Program-made: the position numbers and the translations under genes
The notes under the pieces: model-generated
What the model saw: only the letters and a program-made list of their open reading frames with translations
What the model was told of the DNA's origin: nothing
Database searches by the model: none
Part shown: positions 37,866 through 46,377 of the stretch, in pieces
Numbering within the stretch: position 1 is the first letter of the stretch
How the letters are laid out: every line of letters begins with the position of its first letter
Source: an uncultured Chloroflexia bacterium
GTDB taxonomy: Bacteria > Chloroflexota > Limnocylindria > Limnocylindrales > CSP1-4
DNA length: 64,000 bases
Direction of reading: 5' to 3'
NCBI GenBank assembly: GCA_963731635.1
Contig: CAVSWB010000001.1
Location: forward strand, 585,679 to 649,678

Positions 37866-39530
37866 ATGGTGAGCGGGCAGCCTCCCCGCCGCAGGCGCGG
37901 TAGCCCCCAGGGCGAACCGCCCGCGGTCGTTGCGGAGGCGCAGAGCCTGCCCGCGGGATTGCCAACGGAACCGCCGGTGAGTGCTCATGTTCTGGGCGAC
38001 ATAGCATCCCGGCGCCTCGCCAGGGCGGCCGCAGCCGCCGGCGCAGCCGCCGCCGGGAGCGTCGCCGCCGCAGCGGACGTGGCAGCCGTCGACCTCGCCG
38101 CCGCAACCGCGGAGAGCGCGGAGAGCGCGGCGCCGGATAGTGGCGTGGCGGCAGCTTCAGCCGAACTCGTCGGCCCCAAGCCGCGCAAGCCGCGCAAGCC
38201 GCGCGATGGCACGAGCCCGGTCGCGGCGTCGCCGTACGCCGAACCGGTGTCGGAGCTCGCAGACGCGGCCACCGCGACGGAAGCCAACCCGGCCGAAGCG
38301 GCCGCGCCGGCCGAGCCGGCTGAACCGGTCGTCGCCGTGAAGAAACTGCGCAAGGCCACTCGGAAGGCCCTGGGCCCCGCGGCGCCGTCTGCACAGGAGC
38401 AGGTCGTGCTGCTCTCCGCTGCCGCCGCGACTCCCATCGAGCCCGTCGCCGATGCGGGGAACGGCGTCCCCGCGCCCGAACTGGAAGCGGCGTGGGCCGA
38501 GGCCACTCCGCCCGAGCCCGACGCCCGTATCGAGGAAATCGCTCCGGCCGAGGGCGTCTCCGACCGGATCGTCGAGTCCCGCTTCGTCGCCGGTCTGGGC
38601 ACGGTCGCCCTCGGCGCGCGGATGGCCTTCGGGTTTGCCGGTGCGGCCGCCGCCTTCGTCGCCGCGCCGGTGGGACGTGCCGCCGGCCGGGTCGTCACTT
38701 ACCCATTCCGACGCTCCTCCGGATGGTGGCGCGACCGTCGAGTTTCTGCCGTCGATTTCGGCGATGCGCCCGCTACCCGGCGTCGTCGCCGGCGGCCTGC
38801 GCTCGGCTGGGTCCTGTTCACGGCCTTCTATCTGACCCTCGGTTCCGCCCTGATATTCCAGGGTGTGGTTGTCCCGATATTGGGCCACGCCGCGGCTACC
38901 GGGACGGCCGGTTACTCGCCCGCGAACCTGATAGTCGGCCTGGCGACATCGAGCCCGTCCCCAACGGCCTCGGCGACCGAAGTGGCTCAACCGGCCGACC
39001 CGACGGCGACCGCGACTGCGACCCCGACGGCTTCGCCCTCCGTGACAGCAACGGCGACGGCCAGCCCGACCCACAAGCCGACGGCGAAGCCCACGCCAAA
39101 GCCGACGGCCAAGCCCAAGACTCCGGCCCCGACGGTGGCGCCGACTGCCGTCCCGACCCCCGAACCGACGGCGACCCCGACGGCTTCCGCAACCGACAGT
39201 GCCGCCCCGAGCTCCGCTCCAACCCCGGTCATGTTCGCGACGCTCACCCTCAGTGTCCACGCTCGGACGCTGGGCAGGAATGGCACCTGGGACGTGACGT
39301 CGCTGCCGACGGCAGTCTGCATTCTCCATCGATCGGGGGGAGATCAGGCCGACATCCAGACCAACCCGATTACTATTGGAGCGAGTGGCGATAGCGGACC
39401 ATTCGCCTGGGGGTCGCACTTCCCGGCACCAGCCTCGGGGACTCTGTACACGTTTACGGCCGTTTGCCAGATGCCCAACCCGGACAACCGAGCGAGTACA
39501 TCCACGACAATCGTGATGGGTTGGCCGTAG
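37866..39530 (+). CDS. hypothetical Ala/Pro-rich membrane protein (about 554 aa)
   Basis: Ala-rich N-terminus with KPRKPRKPR, 2-3 TM segments, a PT linker and a 100-aa C-terminal domain. GAGGAA lies 8 nt before the ATG at 37866. Confidence 0.55.
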   Translation: MVSGQPPRRRRGSPQGEPPAVVAEAQSLPAGLPTEPPVSAHVLGDIASRRLARAAAAAGAAAAGSVAAAADVAAVDLAAATAESAESAAPDSGVAAASAELVGPKPRKPRKPRDGTSPVAASPYAEPVSELADAATATEANPAEAAAPAEPAEPVVAVKKLRKATRKALGPAAPSAQEQVVLLSAAAATPIEPVADAGNGVPAPELEAAWAEATPPEPDARIEEIAPAEGVSDRIVESRFVAGLGTVALGARMAFGFAGAAAAFVAAPVGRAAGRVVTYPFRRSSGWWRDRRVSAVDFGDAPATRRRRRRPALGWVLFTAFYLTLGSALIFQGVVVPILGHAAATGTAGYSPANLIVGLATSSPSPTASATEVAQPADPTATATATPTASPSVTATATASPTHKPTAKPTPKPTAKPKTPAPTVAPTAVPTPEPTATPTASATDSAAPSSAPTPVMFATLTLSVHARTLGRNGTWDVTSLPTAVCILHRSGGDQADIQTNPITIGASGDSGPFAWGSHFPAPASGTLYTFTAVCQMPNPDNRASTSTTIVMGWP

Positions 39531-39655
39531 CCCCCAGCGTGGCATTCAGGCCAATCGCAGACTCGCCCCGTACCATCGGCCTCCATTCGGTGGGCCTACC
39601 GAGCTGGTGGCTGTCGGGAGTGATCGGTCGCGTGAATTCAAACGTATCTAGACCA

Positions 39656-40147
39656 GTGAGCGTCGCGCAACCGATACATGAGGTCGATGTGGCAACGCAA
39701 CACAGGTCCCGCAGGGCGCGGGCGACTCAACTCCGCCAGGGTTACGAAGCAGATGCCGCGGCCGAACTGGCCGATGGCGACGAGGATTTCGCCCCCCTCG
39801 CCCTGGTCGTCGACGACGAGCCCCTGATCCGACAACTCGTCTCCACCGTATTACGTCGCCGGGGCTGGACGGTCATCGAAGCCGCCGACGGTTCCGTGGC
39901 TCTCTCGGTCGTGGGCGAAGGGTCCGTTGACCTGCTCGTGACCGACTACGAGATGCCCGTGATCTCCGGGGTCCGGCTTGCCGAGCAAATGCGCGAGCTC
40001 GACGACGAGCTGCCGGTTTTGATGGTGTCGGGCCACCCGGACGTGGCGCGCAAGATGCGCAGCCTCCGGGGCCCGCGGACGGCGTTCGTGAGGAAGCCGT
40101 TTCCGGTCGAAGAGCTCATGGCGAGCATCGGTTCGATCGTGGACTGA
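39656..40147 (+). CDS. single-domain response regulator (CheY-like receiver)
   Basis: LALVVDDEPLIR...LLVTDYEMPVISG...FVRKPF. The start is uncertain (GTG at 39656 chosen; the ORF extends to 39464). Confidence 0.75.
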   Translation: MSVAQPIHEVDVATQHRSRRARATQLRQGYEADAAAELADGDEDFAPLALVVDDEPLIRQLVSTVLRRRGWTVIEAADGSVALSVVGEGSVDLLVTDYEMPVISGVRLAEQMRELDDELPVLMVSGHPDVARKMRSLRGPRTAFVRKPFPVEELMASIGSIVD

Positions 40148-40258
40148 CGGCCGGCGCCGCATCCGGCTCGGTTCAGGGGAGATTCAGCTAACTGGTTCAT
40201 AAATCGCTATGCCGCGGGTCGGTTGAAGGCCCAGACGAGCGATGGAGGCGGGCACCTG

Positions 40259-41752
40259 ATGAATTGCGGGACCATGGCAGCCGCGGGGCTGCTGGCGATC
40301 GGCATCGCCGCCCCCCTGGTCGTGGTGGTGGCCCCGATGCTCGCAGCCGGGGCAGCGTCGAAGTACACGACGCAGGCCGCAGCCTTCGGCACGGTCACGG
40401 CCAGTGCAACGGCCACCGGAACGATTTCCGCGACCACGACGTACGGTCTGCGGTTCGGAGCGGCTCCCGACATCGTGGCTTCGGCCCTTACGACGTCGGC
40501 CGTTTCGGCGAGCTCGGGCGGCGCCAGCGGCATCACCTGGCCCGTGCTGACCGTTTCGGCGACGGTCGGGCAGCAGGTCAAGAAAGGCGACGTCCTCGCG
40601 ACCGCCGACGACAGCTCCGCGAAGCTCCAACTCTCGATCGCCCAGGCCAACCTCGCGGCTGACCAGGCAAAGCTCGTCGCCGACAAAGCCGGCCCCGACG
40701 CCACCACCGTTGCGTCGGCCCAGGATCAGGTGACCCAGGCGCAGACCCAGCTGAACGACTCGATCGCCAACCAGACCCTCACTGCTCAGCAGAACACGCT
40801 CTCGCTGAACCAGGCTCAAGCCGCCATTACCGCGGCCCAGGCAAAGCTCGCGGCCGACACGAACGCCGGCGCGGCGCAGCCCATTCTCGACGTCGACAGC
40901 GCTGCCGTTTCGGCGGCCCAGGGCCAGCTCGCTTCCACGCAACTCAAGGTGAACCAGTCGAACCAGCAGGCCGCGCAGCAAGTGGCCACGGCGCGGCTGT
41001 CGCTGACCTCTGCGCAGGACGGTTATGCCGGCACCGTCGTTCCTACCGCGAACGCGGTCATCGTGACGGATCAGGCCCAGGTTGCCGCCGCTCAGGCCGC
41101 CGCCAATTCAGCTGAGGCCGCGGCCGGCGTGCCCACCCTCATCGCTCCCGCCGACGGGACCGTGACCGCGGTCAACATCGTCGCCGGCGTGGATGCCCCG
41201 AGCGGCGAAGCGATCCAGATCGACGCGGGACCCATGGTCGCGTCGGCGAGCTTCGCCGAGACCGACGTCCCGAACCTCAAGGCCGGAATGGCCGCCTCCG
41301 CAACCATATCCGCGGCGAATCTCACCCTGGCCGGCGTCGTCGGCCAGATCTCGCCCGTGGCCGCCTCGACGTCGGGCGGCGGCAGCAGCGTCGCGACCTA
41401 CAAGGTTCTCGTGACGCTGACCGACGCACCAACCAGCGTCGTGTCGGGCATGGCAGTGACTCTCACCATGATCACGAACCAGGTCAGCAATGCCCTGTAC
41501 ATTCCGGCCGGCGCCCTCCAGGGCTCGGCGACGACCGGCTACACCGTCCAGCTCATGGCGAACGGCAGCCCGACGACCCGCGCGGTCCAGGTCGGGCTCG
41601 TGACACCGACGCAGGTTCAGATTACCGGCGGACTCAACCAGGGCGATCTTGTAGTAATCGTGCGGACGAGCTCGAGCACCAGCGGCGGCGCCGGCGGCCT
41701 GCGGCAACGCATCATCAACGGCGGAGGGATCATTACTCCGGCGGGGCCGTAG
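40259..41752 (+). CDS. HlyD/MacA-type periplasmic adaptor (membrane fusion protein)
   Basis: N-terminal TM anchor, a long Gln/Ala coiled-coil hairpin, a barrel-sandwich motif (VKKGDVLAT...LIAPADGTVTAVN), and beta-barrel/MP domains. GGAGG precedes the ATG at 40259. Confidence 0.8.
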   Translation: MNCGTMAAAGLLAIGIAAPLVVVVAPMLAAGAASKYTTQAAAFGTVTASATATGTISATTTYGLRFGAAPDIVASALTTSAVSASSGGASGITWPVLTVSATVGQQVKKGDVLATADDSSAKLQLSIAQANLAADQAKLVADKAGPDATTVASAQDQVTQAQTQLNDSIANQTLTAQQNTLSLNQAQAAITAAQAKLAADTNAGAAQPILDVDSAAVSAAQGQLASTQLKVNQSNQQAAQQVATARLSLTSAQDGYAGTVVPTANAVIVTDQAQVAAAQAAANSAEAAAGVPTLIAPADGTVTAVNIVAGVDAPSGEAIQIDAGPMVASASFAETDVPNLKAGMAASATISAANLTLAGVVGQISPVAASTSGGGSSVATYKVLVTLTDAPTSVVSGMAVTLTMITNQVSNALYIPAGALQGSATTGYTVQLMANGSPTTRAVQVGLVTPTQVQITGGLNQGDLVVIVRTSSSTSGGAGGLRQRIINGGGIITPAGP

Positions 41753-41862
41753 CCGATAGCACAGCCCGAGATGCTCGGCACGAGGCGGTCGCCACCTGAG
41801 GCGCATCCGCGCCCAACCTCGGCGCGCGGTTTCCGGCACGGACCCGCTAAACTCGCCGAACG

Positions 41863-43293
41863 ATGACAAGCTCGATCTACCGGCGAGCGCCGGGCCCCCG
41901 GAAATCCCTGTCGTTCCGCACGTTCCTGGCCCTTGCCGCCGGGAAGAGCGCGGCCCACGCCACTCGGCTGGCGGGGCGCGGCGGCGGCACCTCGATCACC
42001 GGCATGGTCGCGCGGCGCATGGATCCGCACGTGCTGGAGCGGCTCGTGGCCGACCGCGGCGTGCCGGTAGTGGCGATCACCGGCAGCAACGGCAAGACCA
42101 CCACGGCCCGCTTCACGGCCGCGCTGCTGCGGGGCGAGGGCGTCAGGGTCAGCCACAATTCCGCCGGCGCGAACCTGATCCAGGGCGTGACCAGTCTCGC
42201 CGTCAGCTACGCCGACATGCGCGGCGATCTCCCCGACGGCGTGCTCGTGGCCGAAGTCGACGAAGGCGCGCTGCCGAAGGTGGCACCGGAGCTCGCGCCG
42301 CGGGCGCTCCTCGTCACGGATCTGTTCCGTGATCAGCTGGACCGTTTCGGCGAGATCTACGCCGTCGCCGACGCGATCGAATCCGTGGCCGCGGCGCTGC
42401 CGCCCGAATCGGCGCTTATCGTCAACGCCGACGACCCGATGGTCGCCATGCTCGCGCGGGGCCGCCACGGCCGGCGAGTCACCTTCGGCCTGGAGATCGA
42501 GCGCTCGACCGATCGGATTACCCGCGCGGCCGACACTATCCGCTGCCCCAAATGCCGCTCGGACCTCGAGTATCGATACGTCTACCTGTCCCACATGGGC
42601 GACTACCGATGCCCGAGCTGCGGCTTCGAGCGGCCCAGGCTGGACGTCGCGGTGACCGCGCTCGAAGTCGTCGGACTCGACCGCACCCGACTGGAGATCG
42701 AAACCCAGTTCGGCAAGCTTACGGTCGAAATCCCCCAGTCCGGCGTGCACATTGCCTACAACGCCGCCGGCGCGATTGCAATCCTGATTGGGCTCGGCGT
42801 TTCGCTCGATCACGCGGCCGAATCGCTGGCGGCCGTCGGCCCGGCTTTCGGGCGGCTCGAAAAGATCGATGCCGACGGGCGGGAGCTCCTTCTTGCGTTC
42901 GCGAAGAACCCGACCTCCTACAACACGACGTTGCGCGCCCTGGCAACCGAGGAGGAGCCGCGCCAGCTGCTGATCGCCGCTTCCAACACGCTGGTCGACG
43001 GCGAAGACTTCGGCTGGCTGTGGGACGTGGACTTTGAGACGATGGCGCCCAGGGTCGAACGGGCGATCGTGTCCGGCACTCGGGCGGACGAGCTCGCGAA
43101 CCGGTTGAAGTACGCGGGCGTTCCGCCGGATCGACTGACGATCGTTGAGAACCGGCCGGCCGCGCTCGATGCAGCACTCGCAGTCTTGCCGGCCGATCGG
43201 CGTCTGGTGGTCCTGACGGGCTACACGCCGCTGATCGAGCTTCGCAACGAAATGACCCGGCGGGGCTGGGCGGGGAGATACTGGGCCGTATGA
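41863..43293 (+). CDS. murT: lipid II isoglutaminyl synthase subunit MurT (Mur ligase family)
   Basis: ITGSNGKTTT, a Cys4 ribbon (RCPKC...CPSCG), and a C-terminal MurT domain. It is translationally coupled to the next gene (ATGA). Confidence 0.85.
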   Translation: MTSSIYRRAPGPRKSLSFRTFLALAAGKSAAHATRLAGRGGGTSITGMVARRMDPHVLERLVADRGVPVVAITGSNGKTTTARFTAALLRGEGVRVSHNSAGANLIQGVTSLAVSYADMRGDLPDGVLVAEVDEGALPKVAPELAPRALLVTDLFRDQLDRFGEIYAVADAIESVAAALPPESALIVNADDPMVAMLARGRHGRRVTFGLEIERSTDRITRAADTIRCPKCRSDLEYRYVYLSHMGDYRCPSCGFERPRLDVAVTALEVVGLDRTRLEIETQFGKLTVEIPQSGVHIAYNAAGAIAILIGLGVSLDHAAESLAAVGPAFGRLEKIDADGRELLLAFAKNPTSYNTTLRALATEEEPRQLLIAASNTLVDGEDFGWLWDVDFETMAPRVERAIVSGTRADELANRLKYAGVPPDRLTIVENRPAALDAALAVLPADRRLVVLTGYTPLIELRNEMTRRGWAGRYWAV

Positions 43294-44159
43294 CAGTCGT
43301 AGAAGACGCCGTCGACACGAGCGTGGCTCCGGCCCCGGCTCCGGCTCCGCTCGGCGAACACGCTCCGATCCGAATAGCCCACCTCTACCCGTCGCTACTG
43401 AACGTGGCCGGCGACGGCGGCAACCTCATCGCGCTGACCCGCCGGGCCGAGTGGCGCGGCATATCGGTCGAGGTCGAGGCCGTCGACAAGGGCCAGACGC
43501 CGGACTTCCGCAAGTTCGACATCGTCCTGTTCCACGGCGGCCAGGACGTCGAGATGGCGGTCGTCGCCGAGGACTTCCAGAAGCAGGCCCCGTCTCTCCG
43601 CGAGGCGGTTGCGGAAGGCACGATCGTCTTCGCCGTCTGCGCCGGGTTGCAGCTGCTCGGCCACCGCTACATCTCCAACGCCGGCGAAGTGATGGAGGGC
43701 GCCGGCATCCTGGACCTCGAAACGCGCGGCGGGCCGCAGCGGTTCATGCAGCACGCGGCCTGCGAGGTCACGCTCCACGGCGAGACGGAGACGGTGGTCG
43801 GGTTCGAAAACCACTCCGGCCTGACCGAACTCGGGCCCGGTTGCGAGGCCTTCGGACGCGTCGTGGCCGGCGCCGGCAACAACGGCTTGAACGGGCTGGA
43901 GGGCGCTCGTTCGGGCAACGTCTTCGCGACATATCTCCACGGGCCATGCCTGCCCAAGAACCCGTGGCTGACGGACCAGCTGCTCCGGATCGCCCTCGGC
44001 CGCGCCGAGGGAGTGGCGCCGTCGCTGGTGGACCTGGCGCCGCTCGACGATGGACTGGAGCGCCGCGCCCACGAAGTGGCGCTCGCCAAGGCAATGGCCA
44101 ACCGCGGCCGCCTCACTGCCCTGGAGCCGGCGCGTCTGGTGAGGGGCCTGAAGAAGTAG
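43290..44159 (+). CDS. gatD: lipid II isoglutaminyl synthase glutaminase subunit GatD (CobQ-type amidotransferase)
   Basis: HLYPSLLNVAGDGGN...FAVCAGLQLLG...YLHGP. Confidence 0.85.
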   Translation: MTVVEDAVDTSVAPAPAPAPLGEHAPIRIAHLYPSLLNVAGDGGNLIALTRRAEWRGISVEVEAVDKGQTPDFRKFDIVLFHGGQDVEMAVVAEDFQKQAPSLREAVAEGTIVFAVCAGLQLLGHRYISNAGEVMEGAGILDLETRGGPQRFMQHAACEVTLHGETETVVGFENHSGLTELGPGCEAFGRVVAGAGNNGLNGLEGARSGNVFATYLHGPCLPKNPWLTDQLLRIALGRAEGVAPSLVDLAPLDDGLERRAHEVALAKAMANRGRLTALEPARLVRGLKK

Positions 44160-44210
44160 CCGCGTAGTGCGGCGCGCGCAGTGCGGGCAGCCTCGCTGCC
44201 CGGCGTCGGA

Positions 44211-44585
44211 TCAGGCCGGCTGGACCAGACCGATCGTGTTGCCCTCGGTGTCCTTGAACCACGCTGCCAGGCCGCCCGGCGTAGTCGCAATTCCACCCAC
44301 TGTCTTGAAGTCGGGCATGTCGTACTCGTCGAATTTGATCCCGCGAGCCTTCAACTCCGCCACGGTCGCGGCCAGGTCGGGGACCCGGAAGCCGACGGCG
44401 GTGGCCTTGTTCGTGCCGGCGAACTCGGACGGGTAGACGAAGAAAGACGAGTCCTTGGAGCGGTACATGACCCCGCCGGGCGAAGCCTGCTCCGGAACGA
44501 ATCCGAGGGTCTCCTCGTAGAAGCGCCGCGCCCGCGTCAAGTCGGCGGCGGCCAGTGTTGCGTTCACGACGAAATCGCTGAGCAT
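44211..44585 (-). CDS. VOC/glyoxalase-family protein
   Basis: 124-aa beta-alpha-beta-beta-beta fold pattern (RARRFYEETLGF...DTEGNTIGLVQ). GGAGGA precedes the ATG at 44585. Confidence 0.75.
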   Translation of the reverse strand: MLSDFVVNATLAAADLTRARRFYEETLGFVPEQASPGGVMYRSKDSSFFVYPSEFAGTNKATAVGFRVPDLAATVAELKARGIKFDEYDMPDFKTVGGIATTPGGLAAWFKDTEGNTIGLVQPA

Positions 44586-44839
44586 GGGATCGTTCCTCCG
44601 CGAATGTGGTGGAACCACAACGTGATCCGATAACCGTCCGGAGACCAGCTGCTGGTTGGCGGTCGCAACGACGCACCCGGCAGCCGGGACGGGGTCGAGA
44701 CTCGTGTAGGTCGGCGCGCTACCTCCGGGTAGGCCGTTGGCGGAGCATCCGCCGCGCGCCGAGTGAGTCCGCGCGCCAGAATTGAACGATCGACGGCTGT
44801 TCGGACGTAGATCCGGTACAGCAGCCGCGAGGGAGCCGG

Positions 44840-45010
44840 ATGATCGAGTTGGCCGCAGTGCAACCGTGCGACGATGACCGTGTCGCCGAGTTGCTGCTGG
44901 CCGGCGTTCCCGAGGCCCATCGGCTGGCCAGCACGATCCTCCGCGACTCGGTCGCGGCCGAAGACGCCGTGCAGGATGCGCTGACTCGAGCCTGGAGCCG
45001 GCGGCGGACC
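44840..45010 (+). pseudogene. 5' fragment of an ECF sigma factor gene (region 2 start only)
   Basis: GAGGGAG RBS, then MIELAAVQPCDDDRVAELLLAGVPEAHRLASTILRDSVAAEDAVQDALTRAWSRRR. After that the frame becomes nonsense overlapping the BNR gene. Confidence 0.55.
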
Positions 45011-45047
45011 ATCCGGTTCGAGTCGGGCGAGAGTCCAGCTCGCCGGG

Positions 45048-46010
45048 ATGACGCCGCAGGGATTGGTCTGGGCGCAATTGGCCACCGCAATCGCCATCTC
45101 GGCCGACCACGGGCGAACATGGAGCTACGTCCCGCTGCCGCAAGACAACGTCAACGCGCCCGAAAGAGCCGCCGAGGTCCTCGACCGCGACCATGCCTGG
45201 GTCCTTCGCGAGTCGGCCGCCGATCCGCAGGTGTTTCGGACCTCCGACGGGGGTGGGTCGTGGTCCGCGACAGACCTGCCAGTGAGCTACGACCCGGCCA
45301 CGGGTGTGCCGTCGGGGCGGCTGTCGTTCCTCGACGCGAGCGTCGGGTTCGCCATCCTCGGCACGAATGGCAACCTTTCGGTCCTTCGAACGCTAGACGG
45401 GGGCGCCACATGGGCGGTGACCGGTCGATCGGCGACTTCGGAGAGCGTGGTGTCGGACCCGAACACGATCTGGGCCGCGACGACCCGGGCCGGTTCCCCG
45501 GAAGCCCAACTGCTCCAGGTAAGCCGCGACGCGGGCGCCACCTGGTCCGACGTTCAACTGCCGGGCCTCGACATCCAATCGACCTGTGTCCAGCCAGGTT
45601 CGCTGTGGGTCCCGGGACCCGAAGGCGTGACGTTCCTGAGCGCCACCGAAGGCTTTACTGCCGTGTCATGCAGCCAGGGCAACTTTGGGACGCGCTACTA
45701 CCGGACAACCGACGGGGGTCGCAGCTGGTCGGAGGTTGCGGCGATCGCGCAGCCGGTCACGGTAGGTCCGGCGTTCGTGGACGCGACGCATTGGCTCCAG
45801 CCCATCGGCGTCGGGCTCCAGGCGACGGCCGACGGCGGCCAGACGTGGACGACAGTCGCGTCCAAGGGCCTCGCGGACTACCCGATCTACGCGCTCCACA
45901 CCCGTGACGGAGTGAACGGGTCGGCGCTCCCGGTCGGGGCGAACAGCCCGCTGTTCCTTACCTGGGACGGAGGCAGGACATGGCGGCCGGCGGACTTCGC
46001 CAACCGTTGA
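45048..46010 (+). CDS. BNR/Asp-box repeat beta-propeller protein, probably N-terminally truncated
   Basis: Repeated SxDxGxTW boxes (SADHGRTW, TSDGGGSW, TLDGGATW, SRDAGATW, TTDGGRSW, TADGGQTW, TWDGGRTW). No signal peptide. Confidence 0.75.
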   Translation: MTPQGLVWAQLATAIAISADHGRTWSYVPLPQDNVNAPERAAEVLDRDHAWVLRESAADPQVFRTSDGGGSWSATDLPVSYDPATGVPSGRLSFLDASVGFAILGTNGNLSVLRTLDGGATWAVTGRSATSESVVSDPNTIWAATTRAGSPEAQLLQVSRDAGATWSDVQLPGLDIQSTCVQPGSLWVPGPEGVTFLSATEGFTAVSCSQGNFGTRYYRTTDGGRSWSEVAAIAQPVTVGPAFVDATHWLQPIGVGLQATADGGQTWTTVASKGLADYPIYALHTRDGVNGSALPVGANSPLFLTWDGGRTWRPADFANR

Positions 46011-46238
46011 TCAATTCGGCCCGGTCGAGCCCGATCGCCGCCAGCGTGAAGCAGGTCGGGCACAACGCATCGGCCCAGGCTGCGAAGCCAGATTTGGGTG
46101 ACGTCTCGCCCGCCGCTTCCGAGCGCCGCGGTTTGGCCGGCCTGCTGCGACGCTGGGCGGCCGGTTGTTGCACTGACGCACCTCTAGTTGCGGCCCCGAC
46201 GCCGGCGTCGCTGAAAGTCCGCCCTACGGCCACCAAAA

Positions 46239-46247
46239 GTACTAGAC
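46239..46247 (+). promoter_or_regulatory. GTACTAGAC box, 131 nt upstream of the ATG at 46378
   Basis: It extends to GTACTAGACAGCTCTACGTA. The counterpart upstream of the 47752..50247 gene is nearly identical. Confidence 0.35.
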
Positions 46248-46377
46248 AGCTCTACGTATAGCTGCGACGATCCCACGACCTCCCAAGACGGGTAGCCACC
46301 CGCTTTGGGGGCAGTCCGAACCATCGCCGGTGCGTCGCCGAGTGGTCGGTACTACGAATAGGAGGATCTGAACATCG

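Noticed and set aside
46239-46275. Reading the GTnCTrGAC boxes as ECF-type promoters (AAC/GAC -35 plus CGTC-like -10) driven by the fused sigma factor.
   Set aside because: No consistent -10 element is found at a fixed spacing across the four leaders. CGAC appears 17 nt downstream only in P2. The link to the sigma gene therefore stays speculative.
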